A DNA stretch of 63,334 bases from Deltaproteobacteria bacterium (GCA_030667965.1 DAOUUW010000002.1:1-63334), one strand, 5' to 3'; shown: positions 28,822 through 36,949, numbered from the stretch's first letter. Notes: a model not told the origin generated them from the letters alone. Numbers and translations: made by a program.

Positions 28822-28988
28822 AACCAGTCGTGTCCTTTTTCGTTAACTAAAACAAACCAGCAGATTTTTCTCGTGTCGCAACAATGGTCCTGCAATGCTG
28901 CCGGTTCAATTTTTCTGATCACTTCCCTTTTTTACTGGCAAATAACATAGTGATTCGACCCTCAAAAAGCAACCAAATAAAACAGAGT

Positions 28989-30824
28989 TCAGTGCTGGTG
29001 AAAAAAATCATAAACAGCTCGGGCAAGTTCCGGACCAAAGCCGCTGACAGCGGACAGTTCGCCAATTGATGCTTTTTTGATACCTGCCAGGCTGCCGAAT
29101 TTCTGCAGCAATTTCTTTTTGCGGTTTACACCTATTCCAGACACCATGTCCAGCTCTGAAGCAAAGGTTTTTTTATGCCGCAGCTTCCGGTGAAAGGTCA
29201 CTCCATATCGATGGGACTCATCCCTCACCCTCATGAGAAAGAGCAGAACCTGTGAGTGGCGCGCTGCAGCAATGGGGTTCTTGCGGCCCGGCCTGTAGAG
29301 TTTTTCTCCTTCCTCTTTTTTTTCCTTGGCAATGCCAACCAGCTCCACCCTTCCCTCCAGACCGAAATGTATCGCCGCCTGCCTTGCCACATTGAGCTGT
29401 CCTTTCCCTCCGTCCACCATGAAAAGATCAGGCAGATCATCATCGCGTATGCCTCGCTCAAATCTTCTCATGATCACTTCAGCCATCATCGAGTAATCAT
29501 CCGGACCCATGACGGTCTTAATCTTATAATGTCGATAGCGTCCTGCCGCCTTTTCTCCTTTGATAAAACACACCAAAGACCCCACAGCCTGTTTACCGCT
29601 GATATTGGAGATATCAAGACACTCGATCCTGTCAGGCCTGCGTGACAACCCCAGTGATTTTTCAAGGGAGGCGGCAAGCACTTCCCAGGTCTTTTCCTGC
29701 TTTTCCCTGTCGGCAAAAACCTGATCAGCATTGGTCTGGGCCATAGTAATTAAATGACGCTTGTCGCCGCGGACCGGCACCTTAAACAATACGGTGCTGT
29801 TTTTGTTTTCCGAAAGCCATTGTGTAAGCAGGAGACTGTCATCAGGCATAAAGGGGACAAGAATTTCCCCGGCAGGTATATCGCCATCGTCGTAATACCT
29901 TTTTACACTTTCCGCCAACACTTCCGCGTCCTTTCCAACAGGCTCAGCCAGATAAAAAACCTGCTGCCCAAGCACCCTGCCGGACCGGACAGTGATAATG
30001 GAAACAGCAACAGAGGCGCTTTTCCGGACAAACCCGAAGACATCCAGATCATCGGACAGCAATCCTGCCACGATCTGCTTTTCCAATGTTTTCTCAAGGG
30101 CGGCAATGCGGTCCCGGTAAAGAGCAGCTTCCTCAAAACGCAGTACAGAAACAGCTGCCGACATATTGGCCTTCAAACGCTGCATCAGCTCGGAATTTCT
30201 TCCCTCAAGCACCAAAAGCACATCACGTACCATTTCCAGGTACCGTTCAGAATCCGCCTTACCGACACAGGGCGCCATACAGCTTTTCATCTGGTGGTTG
30301 AGACACGGTCTTGCTCTTTTTTTAATCTCTTTCCCCTTACAGCGACGCAGGGGAAACATTGACTGCAGGAGTTTCAGGGTAGACCACATGGCCCCCACGG
30401 AACTGAAAGGGCCGAAATAGCGGGCCTTGTCCTTTTTCTTACGCCTTGTCATCAAAACCCTGGGCCATTCTTCATCCACCGTGACTTTAATAAGCGGATA
30501 ATTTTTATCATCCCGCAGAATGACATTATATTTGGGGCAATGTTTTTTGATAAGGGAGGCTTCCAGGATAAGCGCCTCCTTTTCCGTACGGGTGATAATC
30601 GTCTCCACCCTGTCAATGCGGCCCACCATAACCGTGGTTTTAGAGTAGTCTTCGCCCTGGTAACGGGCATACGAAGCCAGGCGCTTACGTAAATCCTTTG
30701 CCTTGCCGACATAAATAATCTTGCCGGCCCTGTTTTTCATCAGGTAGACACCGGGCGCACGGGCAACGGTTTTGAGAAATGCGGCGTTGAGTCTCGGGTG
30801 CTTCTGATTATGTTGCGGCATCAT
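28989..30824 (-). CDS. uvrC: excinuclease ABC subunit C
   Basis: GIY-YIG start (GVYLMKNRAGKIIYVGKAKDLRKRLASY), a UvrBC domain, and a C-terminal (HhH)2. Size is 611 aa. Confidence 0.95.
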   Translation of the reverse strand: MMPQHNQKHPRLNAAFLKTVARAPGVYLMKNRAGKIIYVGKAKDLRKRLASYARYQGEDYSKTTVMVGRIDRVETIITRTEKEALILEASLIKKHCPKYNVILRDDKNYPLIKVTVDEEWPRVLMTRRKKKDKARYFGPFSSVGAMWSTLKLLQSMFPLRRCKGKEIKKRARPCLNHQMKSCMAPCVGKADSERYLEMVRDVLLVLEGRNSELMQRLKANMSAAVSVLRFEEAALYRDRIAALEKTLEKQIVAGLLSDDLDVFGFVRKSASVAVSIITVRSGRVLGQQVFYLAEPVGKDAEVLAESVKRYYDDGDIPAGEILVPFMPDDSLLLTQWLSENKNSTVLFKVPVRGDKRHLITMAQTNADQVFADREKQEKTWEVLAASLEKSLGLSRRPDRIECLDISNISGKQAVGSLVCFIKGEKAAGRYRHYKIKTVMGPDDYSMMAEVIMRRFERGIRDDDLPDLFMVDGGKGQLNVARQAAIHFGLEGRVELVGIAKEKKEEGEKLYRPGRKNPIAAARHSQVLLFLMRVRDESHRYGVTFHRKLRHKKTFASELDMVSGIGVNRKKKLLQKFGSLAGIKKASIGELSAVSGFGPELARAVYDFFHQH

Positions 30825-30870
30825 AAAATCTAATCACTTCTCTGAACTTAGCGCCCTATACGGACGGGCT

Positions 30871-31060
30871 TTAGACAGGATCAACAAGATAGACATCAAT
30901 GTCATTAACTTAAGCTATCAATTTATTTTTCCCCTCACCTAAATCCTCCCGGAGTCTCTCTCCGGTCGCTTACCTCCCAAAGGGGCGAGGATTTTAAAGG
31001 ATGGCTTAAGTTAATGACATTGAGATAGACATGATAAAAAAATCCAGTTAATCCTGTCTA
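30871..31060. repeat. 190-bp nested palindromic (MITE/REP-like) element
   Basis: Outer arms are TTAGACAGGATCAAC..AGATAGACATCAATGTCATTAACTTAAGC and GCTTAAGTTAATGACATTGAGATAGACATGAT..TTAATCCTGTCTAA. Inner palindromes are AAATCCTC/GAGGATTT and CCGGAG-tctct-CTCCGG. Confidence 0.75.
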
Positions 31061-31128
31061 AAAAAAAACAAAAAATGGGAATTCCTATGCTTTTGAATTA
31101 TGGAAAGGGTCTGCATCTGCAAAGGTGT

Positions 31129-31173
31129 TTGCAAAAATGTTAGTCTCCTTTAAAGCAGATTGCAGTTCCGCAA
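31129..31173 (+). promoter_or_regulatory. upstream activator sites for promoter P1 (two 14-mers)
   Basis: TTGCAAAAATGTTA lies at 31129-31142 and TTGCAGTTCCGCAA at 31160-31173. These are 125 and 94 nt upstream of the promoter GG. Confidence 0.65.
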
Positions 31174-31252
31174 TTGCATGAACGTCCTCAATCGGACACC
31201 AAAAGAAAGCAACCATCCGATATTTAAAGAAAAAAAGCACACACCATCTTTC

Positions 31253-31268
31253 TGGCATGCAAAATGCT
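31253..31268 (+). promoter_or_regulatory. sigma54 -24/-12 promoter P1 (upstream of EBP paralog 1)
   Basis: TGGCATGCAAAATGCT, with GG-N10-GC spacing exact. Confidence 0.7.
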
Positions 31269-31417
31269 AATTATTTAGGAAAAACCCGTTTTCTCCAGTG
31301 AACAGGTGTCAATATGAATCGCCCCGGCAGCTCTCTTTTATTTTTACCGCCCCGTAACCTTGTATGGCAGGATAATGTTTTCAAAATGAAGAATAATAAA
31401 ACCGGAAAGACATAACT

Positions 31418-32872
31418 GTGATCACGAAAAAAACAACACGCCAGGACAGACATGCCCGCCCCGTTTCTTTCGTAACTCCTGCAGATACAACTGCTGTACC
31501 AGACCAGCCAAAGGACGATTTTCGTCAAATCTCAACAGAAACTATCCTTGAAAGTATTTCCTACGGTGTTTTTACCATTGATATGGATTGGCGAATCACC
31601 TCTTTCAATAAAACCGCGGAAGAATTGACCGGCATAAACCGCCTGAACGCTATTGGACGCCGTTGTACTGATATTTTCCGATCCAACATGTGCGGCAAAG
31701 ACTGCGCCATCAAGCAAACATTGGCAACACATACCCCCATTATTGACCGCACCGTTTTTATTCGCAACACAGAGGAGAGACAGATCCCTGTTTCCGTTTC
31801 AACGTCTGTTCTGCATAACAACCAAAATGAAGTTATTGGTGCTGCTCAAATTTTTCGGAACCTGCAGTATTCTGTAAAACTGACAGGCAAAGAAACCAGA
31901 CAAATACACGTCAGTGAGTTGATAACCAGGAACAAGAACATGGGGAGAATTATCAGAATTCTTCCCCAGATTGCTGCCAGCGAATGCCCGGTCCTTATTG
32001 AAGGTGAAAACGGAACAGGCAAAGAATTGCTGGCACGTCTCATCCATACCCTCAGCTGCCGCAACAACAAACCATTTATTTCTATTGACTGCGGAGCTCT
32101 TGCACAGCACCTGCTCGAGACGGAATTATTCGGCAGCGACCCAGAGATACTTACCTGTTCCTGCAAGGTCAGGCCGTGCTGCTTTGAGCGAGCTGAAGGA
32201 AGCACTCTTCATCTTAACGGAATAAACACTCTCAGCCTGCCTGTCCAGGCGCGGCTCTTACAAATTTTACATGAAAAAACCTGCGAACCATACTGCAACG
32301 CAAGTCCTATGCGCACAGATATACGGATGATTAGCTCAAGCACCCGCCGTGTTTCTTCACTTATAAATGAAGGAACATTCCTGCAAAACCTGTACTACCG
32401 GATCAATATTATAAAACTTACTCTTCCGCCTTTACGTAACCGCAAAGAAGATCTCCCAATGCTGATTGATCATTTCATTTCCCAATGCAACCTGTCACAG
32501 AACAAATCCGTCAAGGGCGTCAGTCATGAAACCATGGATCTGTTAATGAGATATGATTTTCCAGACAACATCAGCGAGCTGAAAAACATAATAGAAAATG
32601 CTTTTTTACTGTGCTCCGAAGACCATATAATTCCCGCAAATATTTCAGTAAAACCAAGGAAGAGCACTTTTGTCAAGTCCCAGCCCCTGGCCATGGGAAT
32701 GGCTGTTCAGGCCGTTGAGGCCCAGGCCATCATCGCCGCACTGAAACGAAATAATTACAATAGAAAAGCCGCAGCGCATGAGCTTGGTATTCACAAAAGT
32801 ACGTTTTTCCGCAAAATCAAACATCTCGGCATATCATTGCCACAGGTAAACGACCGCTTCCAAAATTCATAA
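31418..32872 (+). CDS. PAS-domain sigma54 enhancer-binding-protein homolog, paralog 1 (degenerate AAA+ motifs), Fis-type HTH
   Basis: Walker A is LIEGENGTGKE. The AAA+ core is collinear with the NtrC family, and the C-terminal HTH is AAAHELGIHKSTFFRKIKHLGI. It has GAFTGA->EILTCS, Walker B LFLDE->LHLNG, FREDL->FLQNL and GNVRELEN->DNISELKN. GTG start. Confidence 0.85.
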   Translation: MITKKTTRQDRHARPVSFVTPADTTAVPDQPKDDFRQISTETILESISYGVFTIDMDWRITSFNKTAEELTGINRLNAIGRRCTDIFRSNMCGKDCAIKQTLATHTPIIDRTVFIRNTEERQIPVSVSTSVLHNNQNEVIGAAQIFRNLQYSVKLTGKETRQIHVSELITRNKNMGRIIRILPQIAASECPVLIEGENGTGKELLARLIHTLSCRNNKPFISIDCGALAQHLLETELFGSDPEILTCSCKVRPCCFERAEGSTLHLNGINTLSLPVQARLLQILHEKTCEPYCNASPMRTDIRMISSSTRRVSSLINEGTFLQNLYYRINIIKLTLPPLRNRKEDLPMLIDHFISQCNLSQNKSVKGVSHETMDLLMRYDFPDNISELKNIIENAFLLCSEDHIIPANISVKPRKSTFVKSQPLAMGMAVQAVEAQAIIAALKRNNYNRKAAAHELGIHKSTFFRKIKHLGISLPQVNDRFQNS

Positions 32873-32972
32873 GCCGGAACATTCAACTCGACAAAGCCGG
32901 TGCAGGAAAATAAAGCCAGAGACAGCATAAACACCTTTCATAGTTCTAACTCAAATCCCAAACAGCGATTCA

Positions 32973-33018
32973 TTGCATTCATGCAAACATGGTAATATAC
33001 TTTATTGCAGGTACGCAA
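32973..33018 (+). promoter_or_regulatory. upstream activator sites for promoter P2
   Basis: TTGCATTCATGCAA lies at 32973-32986 and TTGCAGGTACGCAA at 33005-33018. These are 122 and 90 nt upstream of the GG. Confidence 0.65.
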
Positions 33019-33093
33019 AGTCCATGAAGAGTCGCAATTATGCCCAAAGAATCAACATTTTGATATCACTACAAAAAAATCGTGTCGCATTTA

Positions 33094-33109
33094 TGGCACA
33101 CTACATGCA
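33094..33109 (+). promoter_or_regulatory. sigma54 -24/-12 promoter P2 (upstream of 4-TM protein 1)
   Basis: TGGCACACTACATGCA, with GG-N10-GC exact. Confidence 0.75.
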
Positions 33110-33268
33110 GATACCATAATTAACTTCTTTCTTGACCTCCCCCACCTAAGGTTATGTAAGAAGTTGCAAAAAAAATGAACAAAGGAACCCCCATGAATTA
33201 TTAATTTTATTTCTGGGAGTTACTTAATAACTAAAAACCTCTTTAAATGAAAAATCTGGAGGATTATC

Positions 33269-33682
33269 ATGAGCGAACTATTAATTCTATTGGCTATAAT
33301 TCCCCTGGCCTGTTACCAGCTGACCAAAAATTTCAAAACTAAGCATAGATGGGCGATGATTGGAGTATCCAGCGGCCTGGTTATTGCTCCAATCAGTTTT
33401 GGACTGCTTCAGTTTACCTACGTGCCTATTATTGGTAAAATCATGGGATTCATTGGTCTTATTTTCAACCTGACTCATGGTTCAGTGGGTTATTTCTGTC
33501 TGGTAGGCAGCGGAGTAATTGACCCGGGCGCCGTGCTTTCAGCCTCACAACTTGTTATGATTAACGTTGTGAATGCGGCCCTTTTTTCCTTCGCTTACGG
33601 AATGATCGGATACTCCGTTGACAAGAAGATCGAAGAGACAAGCCCTCAACCTCAACCGAGCTACAGCACTGTAAAACATTAA
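33269..33682 (+). CDS. small 4-TM membrane protein of unknown function, paralog 1
   Basis: 137 aa with four hydrophobic segments. A good RBS (GGAGGA) lies 6 nt upstream. It has very long identical stretches with ORF 36446..36853 (e.g. VIAPISFGLLQFTYVPIIGK.MGFIGLIFNLTHGSVGYFCLVGSG). Confidence 0.8.
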   Translation: MSELLILLAIIPLACYQLTKNFKTKHRWAMIGVSSGLVIAPISFGLLQFTYVPIIGKIMGFIGLIFNLTHGSVGYFCLVGSGVIDPGAVLSASQLVMINVVNAALFSFAYGMIGYSVDKKIEETSPQPQPSYSTVKH

Positions 33683-33706
33683 TCTTCCCAAATGAGAAAT
33701 AATTAC

Positions 33707-33743
33707 AAGCAAGTACCGTTGAGACGGTACTTGCTTTTTTTTT
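33707..33743 (+). terminator. Rho-independent terminator after 4-TM gene 1
   Basis: AAGCAAGTACCGT-TGAG-ACGGTACTTGCTT followed by a T run. Confidence 0.85.
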
Positions 33744-33819
33744 CTACGACAATGACCGCTAACATGCCCCTTGAGGGTGAACATCTGGAGCACTGCTGAA
33801 CAGTTACAGACCGAGTTTT

Positions 33820-34136
33820 TCATAACTTTTTTACACATGCTGAATAGTTACAAAATTTGGAGTGATCCCCAAAATATTCGTTCAATTTTTTCAAGGCAAC
33901 CTTTGGAGCTTTTCTTTTCCCTGCCGGTTTTTCCCTAACAAGATCGGCAATTCCACTAATGTTGCCATTCCATAGCAGTTCCCGAACCTGTGTGGAGAGC
34001 TTTCGGCTTTCCTTGTCTGACATTTCAGGGCATCAGAGATTAATTTTTTCACAATGCTGATATTCTGATTTGCGTGTGTATAGTCCAAAATCCGTTTTGT
34101 ATCACTACTTTTTTGTATTGCACCCCTTTTGAGCAA
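33820..34136 (-). pseudogene. frameshifted C-terminal remnant of a transposase (ISKra4/ISLre2-like, tentative)
   Basis: Two overlapping minus-strand ORFs read ..ILDYTHANQNISIVKKLISDALK.. and ..STQVRELLWNGNISGIADLV...ALKKLNEYFGDHSKFCNY. The pattern resembles the LDxxHAxEH...L.YL..N..RM.Y tail of that family. No intact transposase gene is present. Confidence 0.35.
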
Positions 34137-34162
34137 ATAGTATTTTTTAGAATTATCAATGC

Positions 34163-34208
34163 ATTACAGTGTTCACTGGAAGACTGGCTGAGTTTCAGTG
34201 GTAATCAC
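34163..34208. mobile_element. MITE family 1, solo right-end fragment
   Basis: ATTACAGTGTTCACTGGAAGACTGGCTGAGTTTCAGTGGTAATCAC aligns with the right ~45 bp of copies A and B. Confidence 0.55.
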
Positions 34209-34267
34209 AATAAAAAAAACTTCCTGCTGAGAATAAACTCAAAACGGCCCATAAAGCGGCTGCATAT

Positions 34268-34312
34268 TTGCAAAAATGTAAATGCAGCACCTGACGGATT
34301 GCAGTTCCGCAA
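34268..34312 (+). promoter_or_regulatory. upstream activator sites for promoter P3
   Basis: TTGCAAAAATGTAA lies at 34268-34281 and TTGCAGTTCCGCAA at 34299-34312, the latter identical to the P1 proximal site. These are 127 and 96 nt upstream of the GG. Confidence 0.65.
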
Positions 34313-34393
34313 TCATGCGCAGTTCCGTTTCTCCCTCTCCTGTGTCAACCAACTTATTGATATCTAAAGACAAAAAAAACAAGCGTAGATTTC

Positions 34394-34409
34394 TGGCACA
34401 CAAAATGCT
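34394..34409 (+). promoter_or_regulatory. sigma54 -24/-12 promoter P3 (upstream of EBP paralog 2)
   Basis: TGGCACACAAAATGCT, with GG-N10-GC exact. The -12 region is part of a 2 x 20-bp tandem duplication (34400-34439). Confidence 0.7.
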
Positions 34410-34685
34410 TTTTACACGAACAAAATGCTTTTTACACGAGTAAACTGCTGGGGTAAATATCCCAGAATAAAGGGATAATATCACGTTTGCTCGGCTAACT
34501 AATCTTTTTTTCCGTCATTGTAGGGCAGCACCTGAGAACAGCCTCTTGAATTTTATTAACCCCAAAAGACTGAAATTTAATGCAACTCAGGTTTTCCAAT
34601 AAGTTAACAAACAGACGACCTCAGCTGGAGATGACGAGACTGGTAATCCTCTCAAGAGAAACAAAGCCCGCAAAAGAGCTTATAC

Positions 34686-36155
34686 GTGAGTGCTAAAAAA
34701 AAAAGGTATTTGGAAAAGGGGAAATCATCCGCCACCTCTGTTGTGTCTGCCGACAACGTTGCAAACGTGAAACAAACATGTCAATTCCGGCAAATTTCAA
34801 CAGACTTAATTATGGAAAGCATTTCCTACGGAATTTTTTCAGTAGATTTGGATTGGAGAATCACGTCTTTCAACAGGACGGCGGAAAAAATCACCGGGAT
34901 TAGCCGCCTGAATGCAATTGGCCGACCCTGTTCAAGTATCTTTCTTTCAAATATGTGCGGAAAGGATTGTGCGGTGCAACAAACATTGTCAACAAAATCT
35001 GCCGTTCTCAACAGGACAGCTTTAATTACCGACTCTCAGGGACGACAAATCCCTATTAGTATTTCAACATCACTTTTGCGTAACTGTAATAACAAAATCA
35101 TAGGATCAGCACAAATTTTCCGAGATATCAGTCAGTCAGCATTTCCCCCAGGTATTGAATCCAGGCAGATACACTTAACAGAATTGGTGAGCAGAAACAA
35201 AATAATGGGGAAAATCATCAAAATACTTCCCCAGATTGCAGCCAGTGAAAGCACTGTCCTCATTGAAGGAGAAAATGGAACCGGCAAAGAAGCGCTGGCA
35301 CACCTTATCCACACCTTCAGCTGTCGCAACAATAAACCCTTTGTGAGCATAGACTGTGGAGCTCTGCCTCCGCACTTGCTTGCGACGGAGTTATACGGCA
35401 ATGAAGACGAGTTCCTCACCTGTTCCAGCAAAGCCAGACCGAGCTGTTTTGACAGGGCTGAAGGAAGCACTCTTTTTCTCGACGAAATAAATAAAATAAG
35501 CTTGCCCGTACAGGAACGACTTCTCAGGATTTTACAGAAGAAAACCTGTGAACCACGTGGCAGCACCAATTCCATGCATACTGATATCCGTGTCATTACT
35601 TCTAGTTCCGATCAACTTTCTTCACTCGTCAAGGAAGGGGCATTTCTGCAAAATCTTTATTATCAGGTCAATATTATCCAACTGCATCTTCCTTCCCTGC
35701 GGGACCGTAAAGAAGATCTTCCCCTGTTAATAGATCATTTTGTCTTCCGGTGGAACAGAATGAAAGGCAAAACCGTTAAAGGCATCAGTCATGAAACAAT
35801 GGATCTGCTCATGAATTATGACTTTCCCGGCAATATCAGTGAACTGAACAAAGTAATAGAACATGCCTTTGCCCTATGCGACGAAGACTACATTCAAACT
35901 TCGCATCTGCCGGAGAAAATAAAACAAGAGGCGCGGATAAAGTCCGATCCTGTGGGAATAGAAACCGCTGTCCAGGCCGTTGAGGCCCAGGCCATTATTG
36001 CGGCACTTAAACGAAATAATTTCAACAGAAAGGCGGCTGCTCTCGACCTGGGCATCCACAAAAGCACCTTTTTCCGCAAAATAAAACATCTGGGCATTGT
36101 TCTGCCGCAGGTTGACGGACGTTTCCGTCAACCTGTAAACGGCAACAACAAATAA
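34686..36155 (+). CDS. PAS-domain sigma54 enhancer-binding-protein homolog, paralog 2 (GAFTGA degenerate, Walker B intact), Fis-type HTH
   Basis: Walker A is LIEGENGTGKE and Walker B is TLFLDEIN. It has GAFTGA->EFLTCS, FLQNLYYQVNI and FPGNISELNK. The HTH is AAALDLGIHKSTFFRKIKHLGI. GTG start. Confidence 0.85.
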   Translation: MSAKKKRYLEKGKSSATSVVSADNVANVKQTCQFRQISTDLIMESISYGIFSVDLDWRITSFNRTAEKITGISRLNAIGRPCSSIFLSNMCGKDCAVQQTLSTKSAVLNRTALITDSQGRQIPISISTSLLRNCNNKIIGSAQIFRDISQSAFPPGIESRQIHLTELVSRNKIMGKIIKILPQIAASESTVLIEGENGTGKEALAHLIHTFSCRNNKPFVSIDCGALPPHLLATELYGNEDEFLTCSSKARPSCFDRAEGSTLFLDEINKISLPVQERLLRILQKKTCEPRGSTNSMHTDIRVITSSSDQLSSLVKEGAFLQNLYYQVNIIQLHLPSLRDRKEDLPLLIDHFVFRWNRMKGKTVKGISHETMDLLMNYDFPGNISELNKVIEHAFALCDEDYIQTSHLPEKIKQEARIKSDPVGIETAVQAVEAQAIIAALKRNNFNRKAAALDLGIHKSTFFRKIKHLGIVLPQVDGRFRQPVNGNNK

Positions 36156-36214
36156 GATTAACAAAAATAAGATTAACAACCGGATCGCGCAGCTGCAACG
36201 GATTGAAGAGGATA

Positions 36215-36258
36215 TTGCAAACATGCAATATCTAAATTGCATGTTTGCACCCACGCAA
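36215..36258 (+). promoter_or_regulatory. upstream activator sites for promoter P4
   Basis: TTGCAAACATGCAA lies at 36215-36228 and TTGCACCCACGCAA at 36245-36258. An overlapping TTGCATGTTTGCAC lies at 36237-36250. The first two are 122 and 92 nt upstream of the GG. Confidence 0.65.
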
Positions 36259-36335
36259 ACAAACAAAGAGTCGCAGCAGCACCATGTGACACCTAACGAC
36301 CTGACATAACTTAATAAAAAAATGAGTCGCTCTTA

Positions 36336-36351
36336 TGGCACACTCCATGCA
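36336..36351 (+). promoter_or_regulatory. sigma54 -24/-12 promoter P4 (upstream of 4-TM protein 2)
   Basis: TGGCACACTCCATGCA, with GG-N10-GC exact. Confidence 0.75.
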
Positions 36352-36445
36352 TTAATACTTTAGTAAAACACATCGACATCTGCAAGAAGGACAAAAGAGC
36401 AGGTCACCCGATAACTATTAACCTCTTTACAAGAGGAGGAATACC

Positions 36446-36853
36446 ATGAGCGAACTACTAATTCTTTTAGCGATCATACCTATAGCCTGTTATCAGTTAA
36501 CCAAAACTTTCTCTACTCGGCATCGGTGGATGTTATGCGGTGTTACCACCGGTCTGGTTATCGCCCCAATCAGTTTTGGCCTGCTTCAATTCACCTATGT
36601 ACCGATAATTGGTAAGGTCATGGGATTCATAGGTCTCATTTTCAACCTGACTCATGGTTCGGTGGGTTATTTCTGTCTGGTAGGAAGCGGAATACTTGAT
36701 CCGGGCGTCTTGATTTCAGCCTCACAACTTGTCATGATTAACGTTGTTAATGGGGTCCTTTTTTCCTTCGCTTACGGCATGATCGGATACTCCATTGACA
36801 GGAAGATCGAGGAGACAATCCCTACACGGAGCTACAGCGCTATTAAGCACTAA
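36446..36853 (+). CDS. small 4-TM membrane protein of unknown function, paralog 2
   Basis: 135 aa, collinear with ORF 33269..33682, with RBS GGAGGA. Confidence 0.8.
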   Translation: MSELLILLAIIPIACYQLTKTFSTRHRWMLCGVTTGLVIAPISFGLLQFTYVPIIGKVMGFIGLIFNLTHGSVGYFCLVGSGILDPGVLISASQLVMINVVNGVLFSFAYGMIGYSIDRKIEETIPTRSYSAIKH

Positions 36854-36880
36854 TCTTCCTAAAATGAACAAAAATTATAC

Positions 36881-36916
36881 AAGCAAGTACCATTGTCGAC
36901 GGTGCTTGCTTTTTTC
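36881..36916 (+). terminator. Rho-independent terminator after 4-TM gene 2 (homologous to 33707-33743)
   Basis: AAGCAAGTACC-ATTGTCGAC-GGTGCTTGCTT followed by a T run. Confidence 0.7.
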
Positions 36917-36949
36917 TGTGATCATAACAGCAACCAGACGGAAATTAAA

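Noticed and set aside
30825-31417. Gene orientation switches from all-minus (0-31 kb) to mostly plus (31-56.7 kb), which could mark a replication origin.
   Set aside because: There is no dnaA/dnaN and no cluster of TTATCCACA-like boxes. The region is instead filled by a palindromic repeat and the P1 promoter and dyads. Divergent transcription alone is not evidence for oriC.
36893-36949. The track start (TTG at 36893) for the small ORF would give 96 aa.
   Set aside because: That start lies inside the loop and 3' arm of the terminator hairpin 36881-36916. The ATG at 36950 is the more plausible start. The gene itself remains uncertain.
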